DNA from: Gnetum montanum
Taxonomy: Eukaryota; Plantae; Gnetophyta
DNA length: 64,000 nucleotides
Direction of reading: 5' to 3'
NCBI GenBank assembly: GCA_015680685.1
Contig: MNCI01000967.1
Location: forward strand, 356,458-420,457
Shown here: positions 13,330 to 26,978 of the stretch, piece after piece
Layout of the letters: every line of letters begins with the position of its first letter
Numbering within the stretch: the first letter of the stretch is position 1
Program-made: the position numbers and the translations under genes
The notes under the pieces: model-generated
What the model saw: the letters and a program-made list of their open reading frames with translations, nothing else
Told to the model about the DNA's origin: nothing
Database searches by the model: none

Positions 13330-14200
13330 AAAGAGAGTTTCCTACCTAAGCTTTATATGAATAATACTCATAAATTTGTAGGATTATATGATTTGGATCC
13401 ATAACATCATTTACAAGACTTCCATGATGCTTGTGTATGTTACAATGTTGAAAGTGGATGGAAAAAGCTTAAGCTCTTTCCTAGGATACTAGTTAATAGA
13501 GCCAAAGTTGGGTATAGATTTTTGAAACCAAATTCAATCTAACGGTGGTTCATAACACTAGAACTCTTCAACAAGAAATACCAAACCTATGTGAGGATGT
13601 CCAACATGAGAAGATAGATCCAAGGATGAAAGCAAGAACAACATGAAACCTTGGACATGGCCTTAGATAGATATTATTCCTAGGGAGACCCTTGGGATGT
13701 ATGTCCTAGGTCAATTATACAAGATAAAAACCCCTCAAATCTAAGAACTAATCAAGCATGTGGCAAAAGAAGAAGGAGAGATGTGCAAATAGGAGAATGT
13801 TGCAAAATATTATTCAGACCCAACTCTTCAATAGAAGTAGGTCCATATCTATTGTAAGGAGAAAGAAACCACTCTTGGTAGGGTGATTCCACAATGAATC
13901 TTGGTGATACAAAAATCTATTGAAGCACTTGAAGCAAAGTTTAATAGGGTATAAGAATGGGTATACGACAAAGTTACAACTTTGGTATAAACTATAGAGA
14001 AGAAGATCATGCAAAAAAGCTAGGAGATCACAATAAACAAAGGAGGAAAAACCATGAAATAGCTAGGAACACTTATCAAAAAATAGAAAAAATGGCTAAA
14101 GAAAGTGAGGTTATAGAATCAATGGATGTGACCCATGCAAATATGACCACTCAAAGGACCATTTCCCACTTGTTTCACATCTATATGAGTATTGGGCTTC
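13330..14200 (+). pseudogene. gag: gag remnant of element C
   Basis: KFVGLYDLDP*HHLQDF...KLKLFPRILVNRAKVGYRFLKPNSI..W....ELFNKKY matches the Athila-type gag core pattern. Confidence 0.8.
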
Positions 14201-17179
14201 TACATTAAACCCCAAATTTGTACAAAAGCACAAGCCTAGGAGATTTCCTTTTTCATAAGGTAATCATATAGCCCCACAACCAATCTTACTATCCTAGGAG
14301 GACTTATTACCAGCCTTAACACTATCATCAACCGTAGTGGAAAAAACCATAGTCATGGGGGAGGCCACCACCAAACTAGCCCTATCCTTCCTATCAGCCA
14401 AGGTAGTATGGATATTATGTTCACCATCCTGTTTCTCCAACTAGTTCTACGTCCTCTACTTTAAACCACCACTATCACTCTCTTGAGTACCATTAACCCA
14501 TGACATCCCTTAAAGGATCACCACCTTGCACCTCTTACCATCCATCCTATCCTCGATATCCTCATACTTCACCTTCTCATATGCCACTGCCAACAACACA
14601 AGAAGGTTTAGCACCACCACATCAATAAAAAAATGTCACTTATGCTACAACTATGCATAGAAATGATAATACCAGTAGGTTCCCATGGCAAACTTAGAAA
14701 TGTTCTTTCTTTAGGAAGGGTCGTAGGTGAAAGAAAAACACTCAGGAATCTACCACATCATCTAAATTAGCACAATGTCAATTTGGTGCGAAGTTTTCCT
14801 TTTCACAATCAACGTCCTCTGATCCTACATAAGGGAGACCATCCATTATTACTCTAACACCCACTAGACATAATGAATCTAATAATGTAGAGAGACAAAT
14901 GAATCCATGCATACCATATCATGATCAAGGATGAAATCATGGGTTAGGCATCCATAACATTAACACACCTCATACCTTGACCAACCATACATTTAACAAC
15001 CAAGTCTGTGACCAACAATTTATCTACCAAGCTACCTCAACATTAAAAGACACCCAGTGGCTTTGGAATGAATAGTTACCAATATTTTATGCATGCATGG
15101 ATCCTATCTATTTGCTTATTAATCCTTGTCATAGCCAAATGTTTAGTCATAGGAGAAATTACCAATTATAATTTTTAGGATTCATGAGTGTTTTTCATCT
15201 TTTTGTTTTGCAATTTTTTTGTCATTTTCTTAGTTCTTGATAAAATATTTCCTATTCCTTTGAAGTTTTTCTATTTGTTGTTTTCATTTTCTTTGTTATG
15301 TAATCTCTCTTGTGAATAAAATGATCATGTAGACCATTGAGGTGAGATTTTCTCTATATTGTCAAGTCATGAGGGACTGATTATTCGAACAATGAGACCA
15401 CATCATCTATCTACACATTCCATTAATAAGAGGTTCTTACATTGGTCATAATGATATTATTTTCATCATCCAACCTCCAAATAAATTCATAATCATTGTG
15501 CCCAGGTAGAAGAGTGAAGAACCAAGGGGGAAGGTAAATGGTGTGACATCAAGGGGATTTGTAGATTCTCTTTGGCTTCTTATGTATGTTCTATCATGTT
15601 ACTTTGGTTGTAATTATATCCTTGTAGATCTAATAAAAAATGGAAGTAACAGTCACATAAAAAAAAACTGAATAAATTTTTGAGGGTTCCACTGGAAAGA
15701 CATGTACCAATTTGTAAAGGTTGGTAGCTTCTCAGATCTTCAAAAATAAAAAAAATAAAAAAAGAGAAAAATAAGAAAGAAAGAAAAAAGAGTTCCATAA
15801 ATAAGCTCCTCCCTTGGACAAACATGCTAAGTGATGTTACTCCTTGCAACGATGGTAGTCTTATGCTTGTCAGCCACTAGGATGAAACAATGTGATGTCA
15901 CTGAAATATGGTTTGAACTTGGTTTGAATGTTTGAAAGAAGGGCTAATGATTACTTAACCATTAATAACACACAAGGATTCATTATTCCCATGGTAAGAC
16001 ACCTCATGTATAAATTTCTACAATCCTTTCTATAATCTATCTCATATCACTATCTGTATGATCCTAACTTGTGATTTTGTATCACATAGAGTTATTTTCT
16101 CAAATTGGTGGTTTTAACATGTGTGTTTTGTTTTCTAGGTATACATTACATTCAACCCCTGTAGTGCCTATGGACATTTTTAGGTGTGGTTACACAACGA
16201 CATCATAGGCTGGAGCCTACTTTAGGGAGGATCCACTTATGTAATTGTTGTGACTTGTACTTATTTGATACAACCGCATCATTCTTTACCTTCCAAGCAC
16301 TTAATTGTTAAATTTTGTGCTTTACCTTATAATGTAATTGATCTATTCTAAAACATCGATTCCATGCCATTTTCTTGCATCTTCCAAAGCTTTTAACATC
16401 AGCGACTCCACCTTCTCACACTTTTGGTGCCTCCAATTGATTTTTCACTTACCCTAGACCTATGGACCTAACCTCAAACCTTCCAACCAATCCCAAAGCT
16501 TCATTTCTCATGCTTAGTACCCTCATTAGATGCTAATCCATGGACCTTGATATTGAGGACCTAATATCGAGTGGGCTGCGATGTCGGATACCCAATATTA
16601 GGTTGCATAAAACCTTTATATATGATTCTTGCGTTGCCTAAAAATCTATTCTCTTCATTTGCATCTAGGGAAGTTTTTTAAATTTTCTCTTGCAACTTAG
16701 AGCTCTATGCACCCAACTTTTACCTATGATATTTGGCTCTCTATCACTCCGATTTTCATGCCATTCAAACCTATTTGAACTTGGAGTGTTCAAGTTAGTT
16801 GTGGGGGGATGCTTGCATAGGAAACTTGCACTAATTTTCTAAAATTTTCTATTGCCTAGAGGATATTATAAGGGTAAGAATGTTAAAAAACTTAAGAGTT
16901 ATAATGAATAATTGATTAAATCAATGCTAGAAATCTTAATCTTTACACCAAAGGAACCATAACCATCATAATAGGCCACAAATAAGGGAAAAGGAAACAA
17001 TTGTGTAAGGTCATACAAGGAGATAGACAATTTTTGGGAATTTTTCTAAAAACTTTTCTAACTTTGCAATCATATGAACTATGGAACATAATGAAACTAA
17101 GGTCACAAGTATGATATAAACTTGTTAATGGTAAACAACAATACCTTAGTAACACCTAATCTTAGTTTGATTGTAGATG

Positions 17180-19900
17180 GTCCCAAAAAGAGAAGCAGAA
17201 GGAGGACCTTTGCAGGGAGCACCCAAATGCCCAAGAGGCAATAGGAGCTAGTAGGATGAGTAGGCAAAGCATGAGGAGTAGGAAGCCCAATCCTTCAGCA
17301 TCCATCAAGAGGCTCCTATTATTGGACAGTTAATCCAAGGAGAGGCTATAGAACCCCAAGCTCCTATGCAAGGACAATGTCTCACGTTGTCAATAGAATG
17401 CCTTGAAGGAATTCAAGAAAAATCCATGTTGACCATGATCATCATGGAAATTAACTTTGATCCATTGGAATTCACCCCTGAATTAGTTTGGATGCAACTC
17501 TAGGCATTACCTTTGTGTCTAATTCTTTCAAATAGTAGTGAGTGGTATCTTGGAGAAACCTACCAATTCTAGCATAATAAAGAAGAAGGTACCACTATAA
17601 ACATTTGTAGAGTTAATGTATCATTATTAGTCAAAGCAATCATATAAGATATTAATCTACCAAATGAAGGGACTAAGCTAGCCCTTATGTCTACAAGATC
17701 TGACCTTAACATGAGAAAGTTGTGGCTGAAGTAAGCATACAACGAGGATAAGACATATAATGAATTGACTCTAGAAGAGAGGACATACTTCAATATAGGC
17801 ACATATCATCTCTTCCCAACCAAAGGGCTTAACAAGATTTCAACTTACGCAGCTAGGGGAAGTGCCATTCTAATGGGCAAATATGTAACCAACCTTTCCC
17901 AGTTATACTACATAGGATTCAAATGTGGTTCAAGGAGAAAAAGGTAGGGAAGCCAACACTTTCATTCCCTTGCCTAATTAAAAAGTTGTGCAAGAACACT
18001 AGAATATTGAGGGTACATAAATGATATCCCCAAGAAGGCTCAACACACTTCCTTCATAGAATTACTTAAATTGGTAGCACCAAGAAAAGATCTTGGTCAA
18101 GAATAGGAATCAAAGAAGGAAGTTCAACCAAAAAAAGAGAATAGAAAAGAAGTTTGAACCATGCCATGAAACACAAGTTCCACCATTGCCACCACAAGAC
18201 TATAGGCTAGCAATGAGCCACTTACAAAAAATTGTTGAAATGCTTTGTTGGGAGAGTAGAGAGGAATTAAGCCTCTTTAGAGTCCTAGACAAGGTGCAAC
18301 CCACCATTTTAGTGAATTTGACAAGAGGACAAGTGTCACTGCAATTAGGAGGAAAATCCCAATGGTCCAAACAAATCTTTAGTAATGCTGCATCCTTCCA
18401 AGTGATGCTCAAAATGGAAGAAGGTGTCATAGTAGTGGTAATGCAATATCAGGATGAGGTAAGTGTAGCATAAGTAATAATGGATCACATTAAGGAATCA
18501 TTCAATGTGCCTATTATGCCCCCAGTAGATCTGACTAGGACTAGAGATTCACAAATGCTCACTAGGACTTTGATGACTCCTACAACACATGAGGATGTGT
18601 TAGATTAATTATTGTAGATAGGGACAGTTATGATCACCTTTTTTGACATCCCCAATGATGTCACTATAGCACAATTAGATCTCATAGCCACCAAAGGAAA
18701 GATGTTCATGGTTGAGGCTAGGGTGGAACATGTGGAAGCAAAAGTGTAATGTTTGCAACAAGAGATGGCCACCCTGAGAGCCAAAAGATGGGACCTTGTC
18801 TAATTTATTGTGCCTGATCAGATGGATTCATTCAGAATAGAGCACTTCAACAACTTGATCAAGGAAAATAAAAATACTAAACAAGAGAAGGAGAAGGTAG
18901 TCTGGAATGCTTCTACTGCTGATGCATAATCCCATGCATACAAGAAGGCATTGATCACCACTTAAGAAGAAAATAAACAACTCACTATAGAGACCTCATG
19001 GTTGACTACCATTGAAAAATAAAAGAATGTTTTGGAAGAAAGTGTTCATCAATTGAGGGAACAACTAATGAGGATCAACTAGGATATTAGTAGATTGGCC
19101 AAGGAAAATAGAACCCTCTCAATGGAGAATGTTTGTACTATTCAATAGAAGTTCATAATTAAAATAAGTCCATGGCAGAATAAGGCCAAGAAACATGAGA
19201 AGCTAAAAGAACAATTTTGCAACTATGTAGACATGTATAAGTAGAGAAATGGAAAAGAAATCCATATGGCCAAAGCCCACATTGGGTCCATTTCAACACA
19301 AAATCTTGATTGGCAGCCAATCCTAGATAGTTATGCACTGGTCCAGTAGGTAGGAGTGAAGAATAAAGACCTACAAATTAAGGATTTGAAAGAATACATG
19401 GCATTGGCTAACCTCAGATATGCCAACCTTGCCATGTTAATAGCAAGTTAGCCTAGAAGCAAGTTGGAGAAATAGGTAGCAAACACCTATGCACTATATG
19501 AGAAAGAGTTTACAAAAAAAAAAAGTTGGTTTGTAGAAGCTTCATGTAGCAAACTTAAAACTAAGATGGTTAAAGCTTGCTACCATGGATAGAAGGATAC
19601 CACTTCAGACCTATCCAAGAGGCTCATAGATTATCATGAGTTTAAAGAAAAGGCCAAGGCATTTGAAGAAGAGCAACGGTAGTTTGTAGCCTGGTATGTA
19701 AAGGCCATTAAAATTTTTCCACAACTATCATTCCCTTGGGACCTACTAGTGCCAACACACATTGGTTTAGAAACCTAGATAGTAGAGGATCCAAGGATGA
19801 AAGAAGAAAATTTGTAGGTGCTTCTCAACTATTAAAAATTTGAGAAGCTTGCCATCAAAAGGAAGTGACCAATGAAGGAGCCACCACCTCTGGGAACTAC
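17180..19900 (+). pseudogene. Accessory ('env-like') ORF remnant of element C
   Basis: Purine-rich, coding-like ~2.7 kb before the 3' LTR. Basic N-terminus (MVPKREAEG), INICRVNVSL..KAI...INLPNEG segment, then E/K-rich coiled-coil-like stretches. Many TAG/TAA stops. Confidence 0.65.
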
Positions 19901-20088
19901 ATGAACTTTCCCAATTTTGTGTCTTATAATATTATGTCCCATTTTTGTAAAATACCACTATGGCATGTAAGAGTCAATTTCTTGTTTGTTGAGTTAGTGA
20001 ATAATTCCATGCCTTCCCAACATTTTGTAAAGAACTTGTTCCCCATTTTTTCAACTTGAAGATGAGTTTTCACTCAATCATGGGAGTA

Positions 20089-20935
20089 TGATGAGTTGTG
20101 ATTTTTTTTATTTCTGATATCAAGGCTCCAATATTAGATACATGATATTGGATCCCAACAAATGATGTCAGATATCTGATATCATCTCTTTTGTGCTAGC
20201 CTATAAATACAACACTTAAGTGCATAGTTGGGATATAGTTTGGTTGTTAGTTTTTGTTAGCTTTTCTTAGATTCTTGAATTCAAGTTCTATTATTCCTAG
20301 TGCATGCTCATAGTGTGATGTTTGTAATTGTATGGCATTCTTATTTGAGTGTGACATAGTTGGACACGTTACATGATTAGGAATAAAGATCAAGATTACC
20401 TCCATCATTGTAGCATTCACTTAGATTTAATTATTTACTATTTTATTTAGTTAACATTTTCATTTATTGCTATTTACTATTCTTGTCGTTAAGTGGAATA
20501 AGCACAATGTAATTGCAAGCACTTAAGTGTAATTACTTGGTAACCTAGCAGTGTATCATTTGGTAAGCCTAGTGACATATGCTTGGCAATCCTAGTGGTA
20601 GTTATATGAAGTCCAAGGCATGTGTGGATGATTAGGAATGGATACTATTCACACATAAGCTAGTTTATGTTTTAATTTTCATTGTTCATTCCCTTAATTA
20701 ATTTATCTCTTTCTTATCATTAGGAGTACCATAGGATTAGACAACATCATATGCCTCACTTTGGACTAAACCATATGTAATAAAGCTACCATAGTCCAAG
20801 TGGGAAGATAGCAAACTATGATTAAAGTATGAAAATCTAGATAAAAAACTAGTCCCATCGATGGAATTTTACCAAATTGTGCATGAATGCTTGTGATTCA
20901 TATGGTTGGACGTAGGGGTATCTCACTACTCATTA
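20089..20935 (+). repeat. 3' LTR of element C
   Basis: Preceded by short PPT-like catgggagta; followed by TSD GAAAG. Confidence 0.93.
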
Positions 20936-23900
20936 GAAAGGTAGGGGGATCTAAATAAGAGATATGATTCCCTTTCTTCTAGTACCTAGAAATCCTCTAG
21001 GGCCAACATGAATGGTCATGAAGAACATTTAACCATGATTCCACCTCCTCTTGATGGTCCACCTCCTTTGCTAGTTTGGTGGCAACTCTCATTCCTTCAA
21101 TGGGAAGATTGAAGAGATCAGAGAAGGTATTCTAATTGATGACCAAGGTGATTGGCATGTCATGAACTTGGGTGATAAACTTCCCAACTCCTTGGTCACT
21201 AGAGTTAATGATGTTCACCATCTCAAGAGCAAGGATGGTTGGACTAGGAGCCATGAAAAGTTTAAGCAAACCTACAGGAGTAATGTTTACTTGAATGTTT
21301 TTAGGTGTCTTTTCAGCCAACCAATGTTGTGTTGATTTCACTTCACCATATTTTAGGATGAGGGTCTCCTCGAGGTGTCCTAAAATAGTTAAAGTGATGC
21401 TAGAGGATGTGGAAGCCCCTACAAGATAACGAAAATAGTCAATTAGCTTAGGCATAGGCACATCATGTAAAACCAAAATATGGCAAGAAAAAGAAACTAA
21501 AACCATACTGATAAATCCATGAAAACACTAAAAATCAAAATAGCCTAGAATCATGTAGCCATAAAAATGTTAGTATAACACAAAAAAAAAACAAATAAGA
21601 AAATTCATACCTTTCTTACTATTCTTTTTCTTTCTTGATGAGGATTGTGGGTCTAATGGTAGTTCCTTCTTCTACAATGCATTCAAGGACCATCCACCAA
21701 CCATGAGCTATCTCATTGGCTAGGCACCTCTAGAAGGTTGGAGCATAGATGTTGGTGTACTTATCAAAATCATCCTTTATTTTCTCAACCACTATGAGTG
21801 TTACTATTGGGCTTTTGGGAAATACCCCCACTATAGTTTGGGCTTTTCTCAACCACTCTTCATTAGCTATTATTTTCTCTAATTTCCATTTCTCAACTCT
21901 AGCATGTTTCAAATTTGAAACTAGCAAGTCCCCGTAGTAGCTTTACTGTTAAAAAATTCACCTTCTATGTTGGTTTTAGGATCATCAACTATAAACTTCA
22001 AAATCAAGCTAGAATAATGAGATAGTAGAGTCTCCATGATGGCACCAACCATTTAAGACAAGTGTGACCACATCATCACATTGAAGTTTTGCATTAAATA
22101 GGCCAATAATTCTCTTTCCCCTACCCAAAACCACAAGGGGCCATACTCTAAGACTATATCTATGGGTGGGGTGTTGGGCTTTAGTAGGTGGATACAATAG
22201 AGTATCCCTACCAACTTAACAACCACCAAGATGGGCTTAAGGAAGGTCCTACATGGAAAAAAACAACACACTATTAAAACCACTATCAACAATTCACAAC
22301 ACTTACAAAAAAATAAAACTAGGAACAAATTTAGTAAAGAATTGAATATGACTAAATGGCCTACACCTAAAATAGCAGCCATGCACCAATTTGAATTTCA
22401 CAAGAATTTTTCTAGACATTCTAGTTAATGGTGAAACTAGACATGGTCAAAAACTTTAGGAATGCCAGTTCAAAATTCTCTAAAAAATAAAAATAAACAT
22501 GCAAATAGCCTAAGAAAACCTTGAACATGATAAATAAAGTACAATAACATCTACATTATAATCCTAAGCTTGGAAAATTCAAAACACTATACAAAACTTT
22601 AACAACATTTATCCAAAATTCACACAACCACACAAAACTAAATAAAATGGTCATGGGAAATCACTAACTAAAAATACCAAAAACATTTTAAGACCAATTG
22701 AACCAATTTTAAACCATCCCTAGCATCCCAAATTATCCCTAGTAATATGAGACGTTGGTGAAAAAGATCATCCAATGTGCCAATGTTGCCCATCTTCATA
22801 AGGGTAAAACCATAAAAGCCAAAAACCTTGTTTCACGCAAGCTTATTGAAAAAATCATAAAAAATTAACCACAAATCAAAATTTGATGGATCTAGGATAG
22901 TTTAAAATTTTAAACAAATAACTACAAACCCACAACTAGAAAGCATAAAAATTTCTAGCCGTTTTTGCAAGAAAAATTCTTAAAATGGCATGAAAAATTG
23001 AAAAATAACATTGAATCACACCTACACTAGCTAATGAAAAAATTCACCTAGAATTCACTGTAAACCCAAATTCCATGATTTCATAGCCATTTGAAACCTT
23101 AAACAATACAATAAAATTTCCTAACTTTAAAAATGCCAAATTGTTAGCCGTTTTTACACAAAAATTTAGAAAATTACCATGAAAAATAACAAAAAACTGA
23201 AAAACTGGTTGATGGAAAAATTCATAGAGAATTAACCATGAGTTTGAATCTAGTGGTTCAACCACCATTTCAACTATTTAATAACATATTATGATCCTAT
23301 AGCAAGAAAAATTAAAAATTTATAGTTGTTTTCACAAGAAAAAATATAGAAGTGATGTTGCTTTTTGGTAGAAAATAAGAAAAATGCATGAAATTGACTA
23401 AAATATAATTTTTTAACTTTGCACAAACCAAGCCTAACATGAAAGAAACATTGTAAACCCAAGAATCCCACCTAAAACTAGCTTATGGTTATTTTAAAAT
23501 TTCATTTTAAACAACACATGAACCTAGATATGAAAAAATGCCTAGGTTCTAACCAAAAAAGATCACAAAACACACATAAAAACGGCTAAGGATTATGCAC
23601 TTGGGGCTCATGACTATTGATCCTTCTTCTATGAGAGGTCATGGTAGATGTGAGAGCCCCTTATCTATAGCATTAGCATCCTCTAGGATAGGATTCTTAC
23701 TAATGGTGGCCTTCCTCTTTGTCATGGTTATCAATAGCATAGGAAACCTTCAAAAATCTTCAAAGTCTTGGCAATAACACTATCTTTCATTGTATTTTTG
23801 CCAAAAAAAACTAGATATTGGTGGGGTTTATGCCTAAAAGTTTTTCCAAAAGATCTGAACCAATGCATTGCAAGTAATGAAATGGGTTGTGCAAGTGATT

Positions 23901-24189
23901 TTTTGCAAAAATAACAAGTAAAAGTCAATCTTCATCCTAGGAATTCCATTCTAAAGCCCCCTTTCCAAATTCATGAGTTAAAATCATGGTACACTAATAG
24001 TTCAAAGGGGGGAAATTTTCTTACAATTCTAGGATGGTGGAAGTTTCAAAATCAAAAAGAATTTGAATTTGAGTGGGCTACACTAAGCGCCTCCAAAGTA
24101 ATGGGGTTTAAGGCCTAAAACCCCTCTATGCTGGAGTTTAACCCCCATGAAGCCTAGAAAAATACTTTATAACTTGAAATCTCCATCAC

Positions 24190-26310
24190 CCACACTGGCT
24201 AGCATAGATCATGCATGCGTTTAAGCATCCCATGCCCAAAAAACGAAAACCCAAGAAACCCATGCCAAATTTAGTAGCTGGATGTCAATACTAACAAATA
24301 CCAAACCTCAAGAGAGGTAAAACCCTTCATGACACCTTTCACTTTGGGTAACAATGTTGATCAAGGGTCCATCCATGCTAGCCAGTGTTGCTTAATGGGG
24401 GATGACATCCAAAAGCATAAACCAAACCACAATTTCACATCAGAATGGCCTAACCAAGCCCAAAACCTCTATAGAATCCTTTGGTAGCCTTGAAACCTAA
24501 TCAAACCTAACAAAAAGTTCCAAGATCATGGATTTTACTGGAGCCACATAAGGGGGCACCCCATCCACATTGGTCTAACATGGCTCTAGTGTGGTTGGGT
24601 GTGTTGTGATCATAAAATACCCAAAGTAACCTCCCAATCAATACATCATGACCTTAACACCTCTCTAAAGTCCTCAGTATCCAAATATTAAAAAAAATAG
24701 GTAAAATTTCATGCCAACCCCTATTCCCATGCTAAGGAACCCCTCACCCATGTTGGCTAGCATGGACCTAGTGTGGGTACCTTGGGGATGAACTATAGAA
24801 ATCCATTAATACACTAAAATAATCTAAAAATTTACCACTATGACCTTAAAACCTTCCTAGAGTATCCAGCCATTGCAAATTCAGTAAAAATTAGTCAAAC
24901 TTAACCAAATACTACTTATCCATACTAAGGAAGGCTTTACCCATGCTAAATAGCATGTGTACCATGAAGAGAACTCATGGAGAGCTCATAAGCACACCAA
25001 ATTGACTCCAAGTTTCATTATGTTGACCCTAGAACCTTACTAAAGCCTCTAAAGAAAATTGTGCCCTAGAAAATCTATCATCCCCCTCCATCCATGCTAG
25101 GGCCATGTTGGCTAGTGTGGCCCAAGGGGTAATGACCATAAAAATGTCAAAAAGCCTTCAAAGTTATCAATTTTGAAGCCAAATCCTAGCTATTAACATC
25201 AAAAATCCCAAGACCTGAAATACTTAGTCAATTTGGTGCTAGAAACACTAAAAGTTAGTACTCTAATGTAGCCATGTTGGGGAAGGCTAGAGCCATGCTG
25301 GCTAATGTGGCTCCAACATGGTTAATGTTTTTTCACTTGTTTTGGTAGTACTTCAACACATCAAAAAGCCTAAAACTTATTCCAGTAAAGCCTAGGAACC
25401 AATGACCTTAAACTAACAATAATTTAGCCTTATTTTAACAATAAAAGATCATTATACTCCCTCACCCACACTAGAGTAATGCTATCCATTGTGGCTAAGG
25501 AGTATAATCATACCAAAGATCAAATAACCATGAAACATAGGAAGTTGCAAGTCTAAACCTCAAACATGACTATGAGAAATCTTAGAGACTCGAAAACTTA
25601 GTTAACATGCCTTAGAAACCAATCAGGAACTAAAAATAAAATGTATTCATATTGAGGGGCACTAAAGCCATACTGGCTAGCATGGCCATAGTGTGGGTAA
25701 GGTCCCCAACAAGGTTTTACCAACATAACATCCATTAAATGGTCTCAAAAGTTGACTATGGGAGCATACAATCATAAAAACATAAATTAAGCTATAACTT
25801 GATCTTGTTTTAATCCTACAATCACCAAGGTTTGGCTATCCATGCTAAACAACCACCCCACCAACACGCCCCCCCACAATCCATGTTGGCCAGCATGACT
25901 TTATGGGGCAAGACCTCAAAACTCACTTTTATTGCAAATTTTGACCTCCAAAATGATTAACTTTGACCATGGCAACCCTACATTACACTGAGAAGATCAT
26001 AGAACACTAATTTTAGTTTTTGGATGCCATAAATTTAGTTTTCCTTTACATCCACATTGGGGCAACTCTAGCCAACATTGGTCCAATGTGGATGGTAGTT
26101 TTGGGTTTCATTTGTGACTTCCATAAAGTTAAATCAATGCTAGAATCAACAAATGTTCTCCCCCAACCCACTATGTTAACCATACAGGCTCTCAAGAGTC
26201 CAAAACTAACCAAAATCAACCTCAAAAATAACATGTTCATCCTATCCACACTGGGGGTAACCCCACCCATGCTGGCTAACATAGCTCCACTATGGATCTA
26301 GCATGGGTGT
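24190..26310. repeat. Degenerate array of CCA(C/T)GCT(A/G)G / C(C/T)AGC(A/G)TGG palindromic motifs in the B spacer
   Basis: Many variants, e.g. ccatgttggctagcatgg at ~24748 and ccatactggctagcatgg at ~25668. Reverse-complement homologue in F at 36650-39180. Confidence 0.75.
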
Positions 26311-26978
26311 ATAGAAAAATCTGATTTTTGCCTAAAATAGCCTTCATAGGTGCCCAAACTCACCTGTCGAAATTATAACCCCTTACCATGGCCCTCTAAA
26401 GCCTAAAACTGGAAAAATCAAGCCCTTTTTAACTAGTTTTTGTCTTCTTTTATCATACATTTTTCACCTTGGCTAGTTTGACCTTGTTTCATGGTGTTTC
26501 GACTTGTTTTAAGCTTGTTATGCATTGTTAACGTTATTATCATCAGTTGACCTCATGTAGCTTCTACATAACTCTAGTGTCATCATATCTATCATATTCT
26601 CTTTATTGTAGCCTCTTTTGATCTTTTTTAAGCCTTTGATTAGTGTCAGGTGATGGGGTTTGACCATCCTTGATCATCTTTTGACACCATGTAACAATGA
26701 CCAACTAAGGCCTAAAATTGGAAAAATGTAATCATAGTTGATCATGTGTGACCTTGTATTACCTCAAAATCATACCTTATACCTTTTTTTATCCTATTGG
26801 ATACTGTCCTATTTATGAACTATTACCATGGTATTTTGCATCATTGTTAATATTAGTTTATTGGTTTTTATCGATTTTTATCATTTTGTTACCCAAGTAC
26901 CACTTAATATGCTTATGGTTGATATGCAAGATTGGAATATGGATACCTGGAAATAGATTAGTTTACCTTTGAGCCTAG

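Larger units (their letters stand above)
11720..20935 (+). mobile_element. Element C: Athila-like Ty3/gypsy element, complete boundaries, no pol
   Basis: LTR pair TGATGAG...CTCATCA/CTCATTA; perfect TSD GAAAG (11715-11719 and 20936-20940); tRNA-Asp-type PBS; gag remnant; long accessory ORF remnant; no RT or INT motifs seen. Confidence 0.92.
9650..23725 (-). pseudogene. Antisense multi-exon accessory gene of element B (FCP1/NIF-like plus transposon accessory domain), split by element C
   Basis: Exon 1 23725-23601 (MTKRKAT..., 125 nt). Exon 2 from 22248 (tgtag|G; FLKPILVVVKLVGIL...FNVMMWSHLS). Further exon from 21418 (KYGEVKSTQHWL) resumes at 11714 after C (KLLS*NKVIDITQAW...YNKA). More GT donors at ~10832 and ~10603. 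Homologous to 56957-61670; 3' end approximate. Confidence 0.8.
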
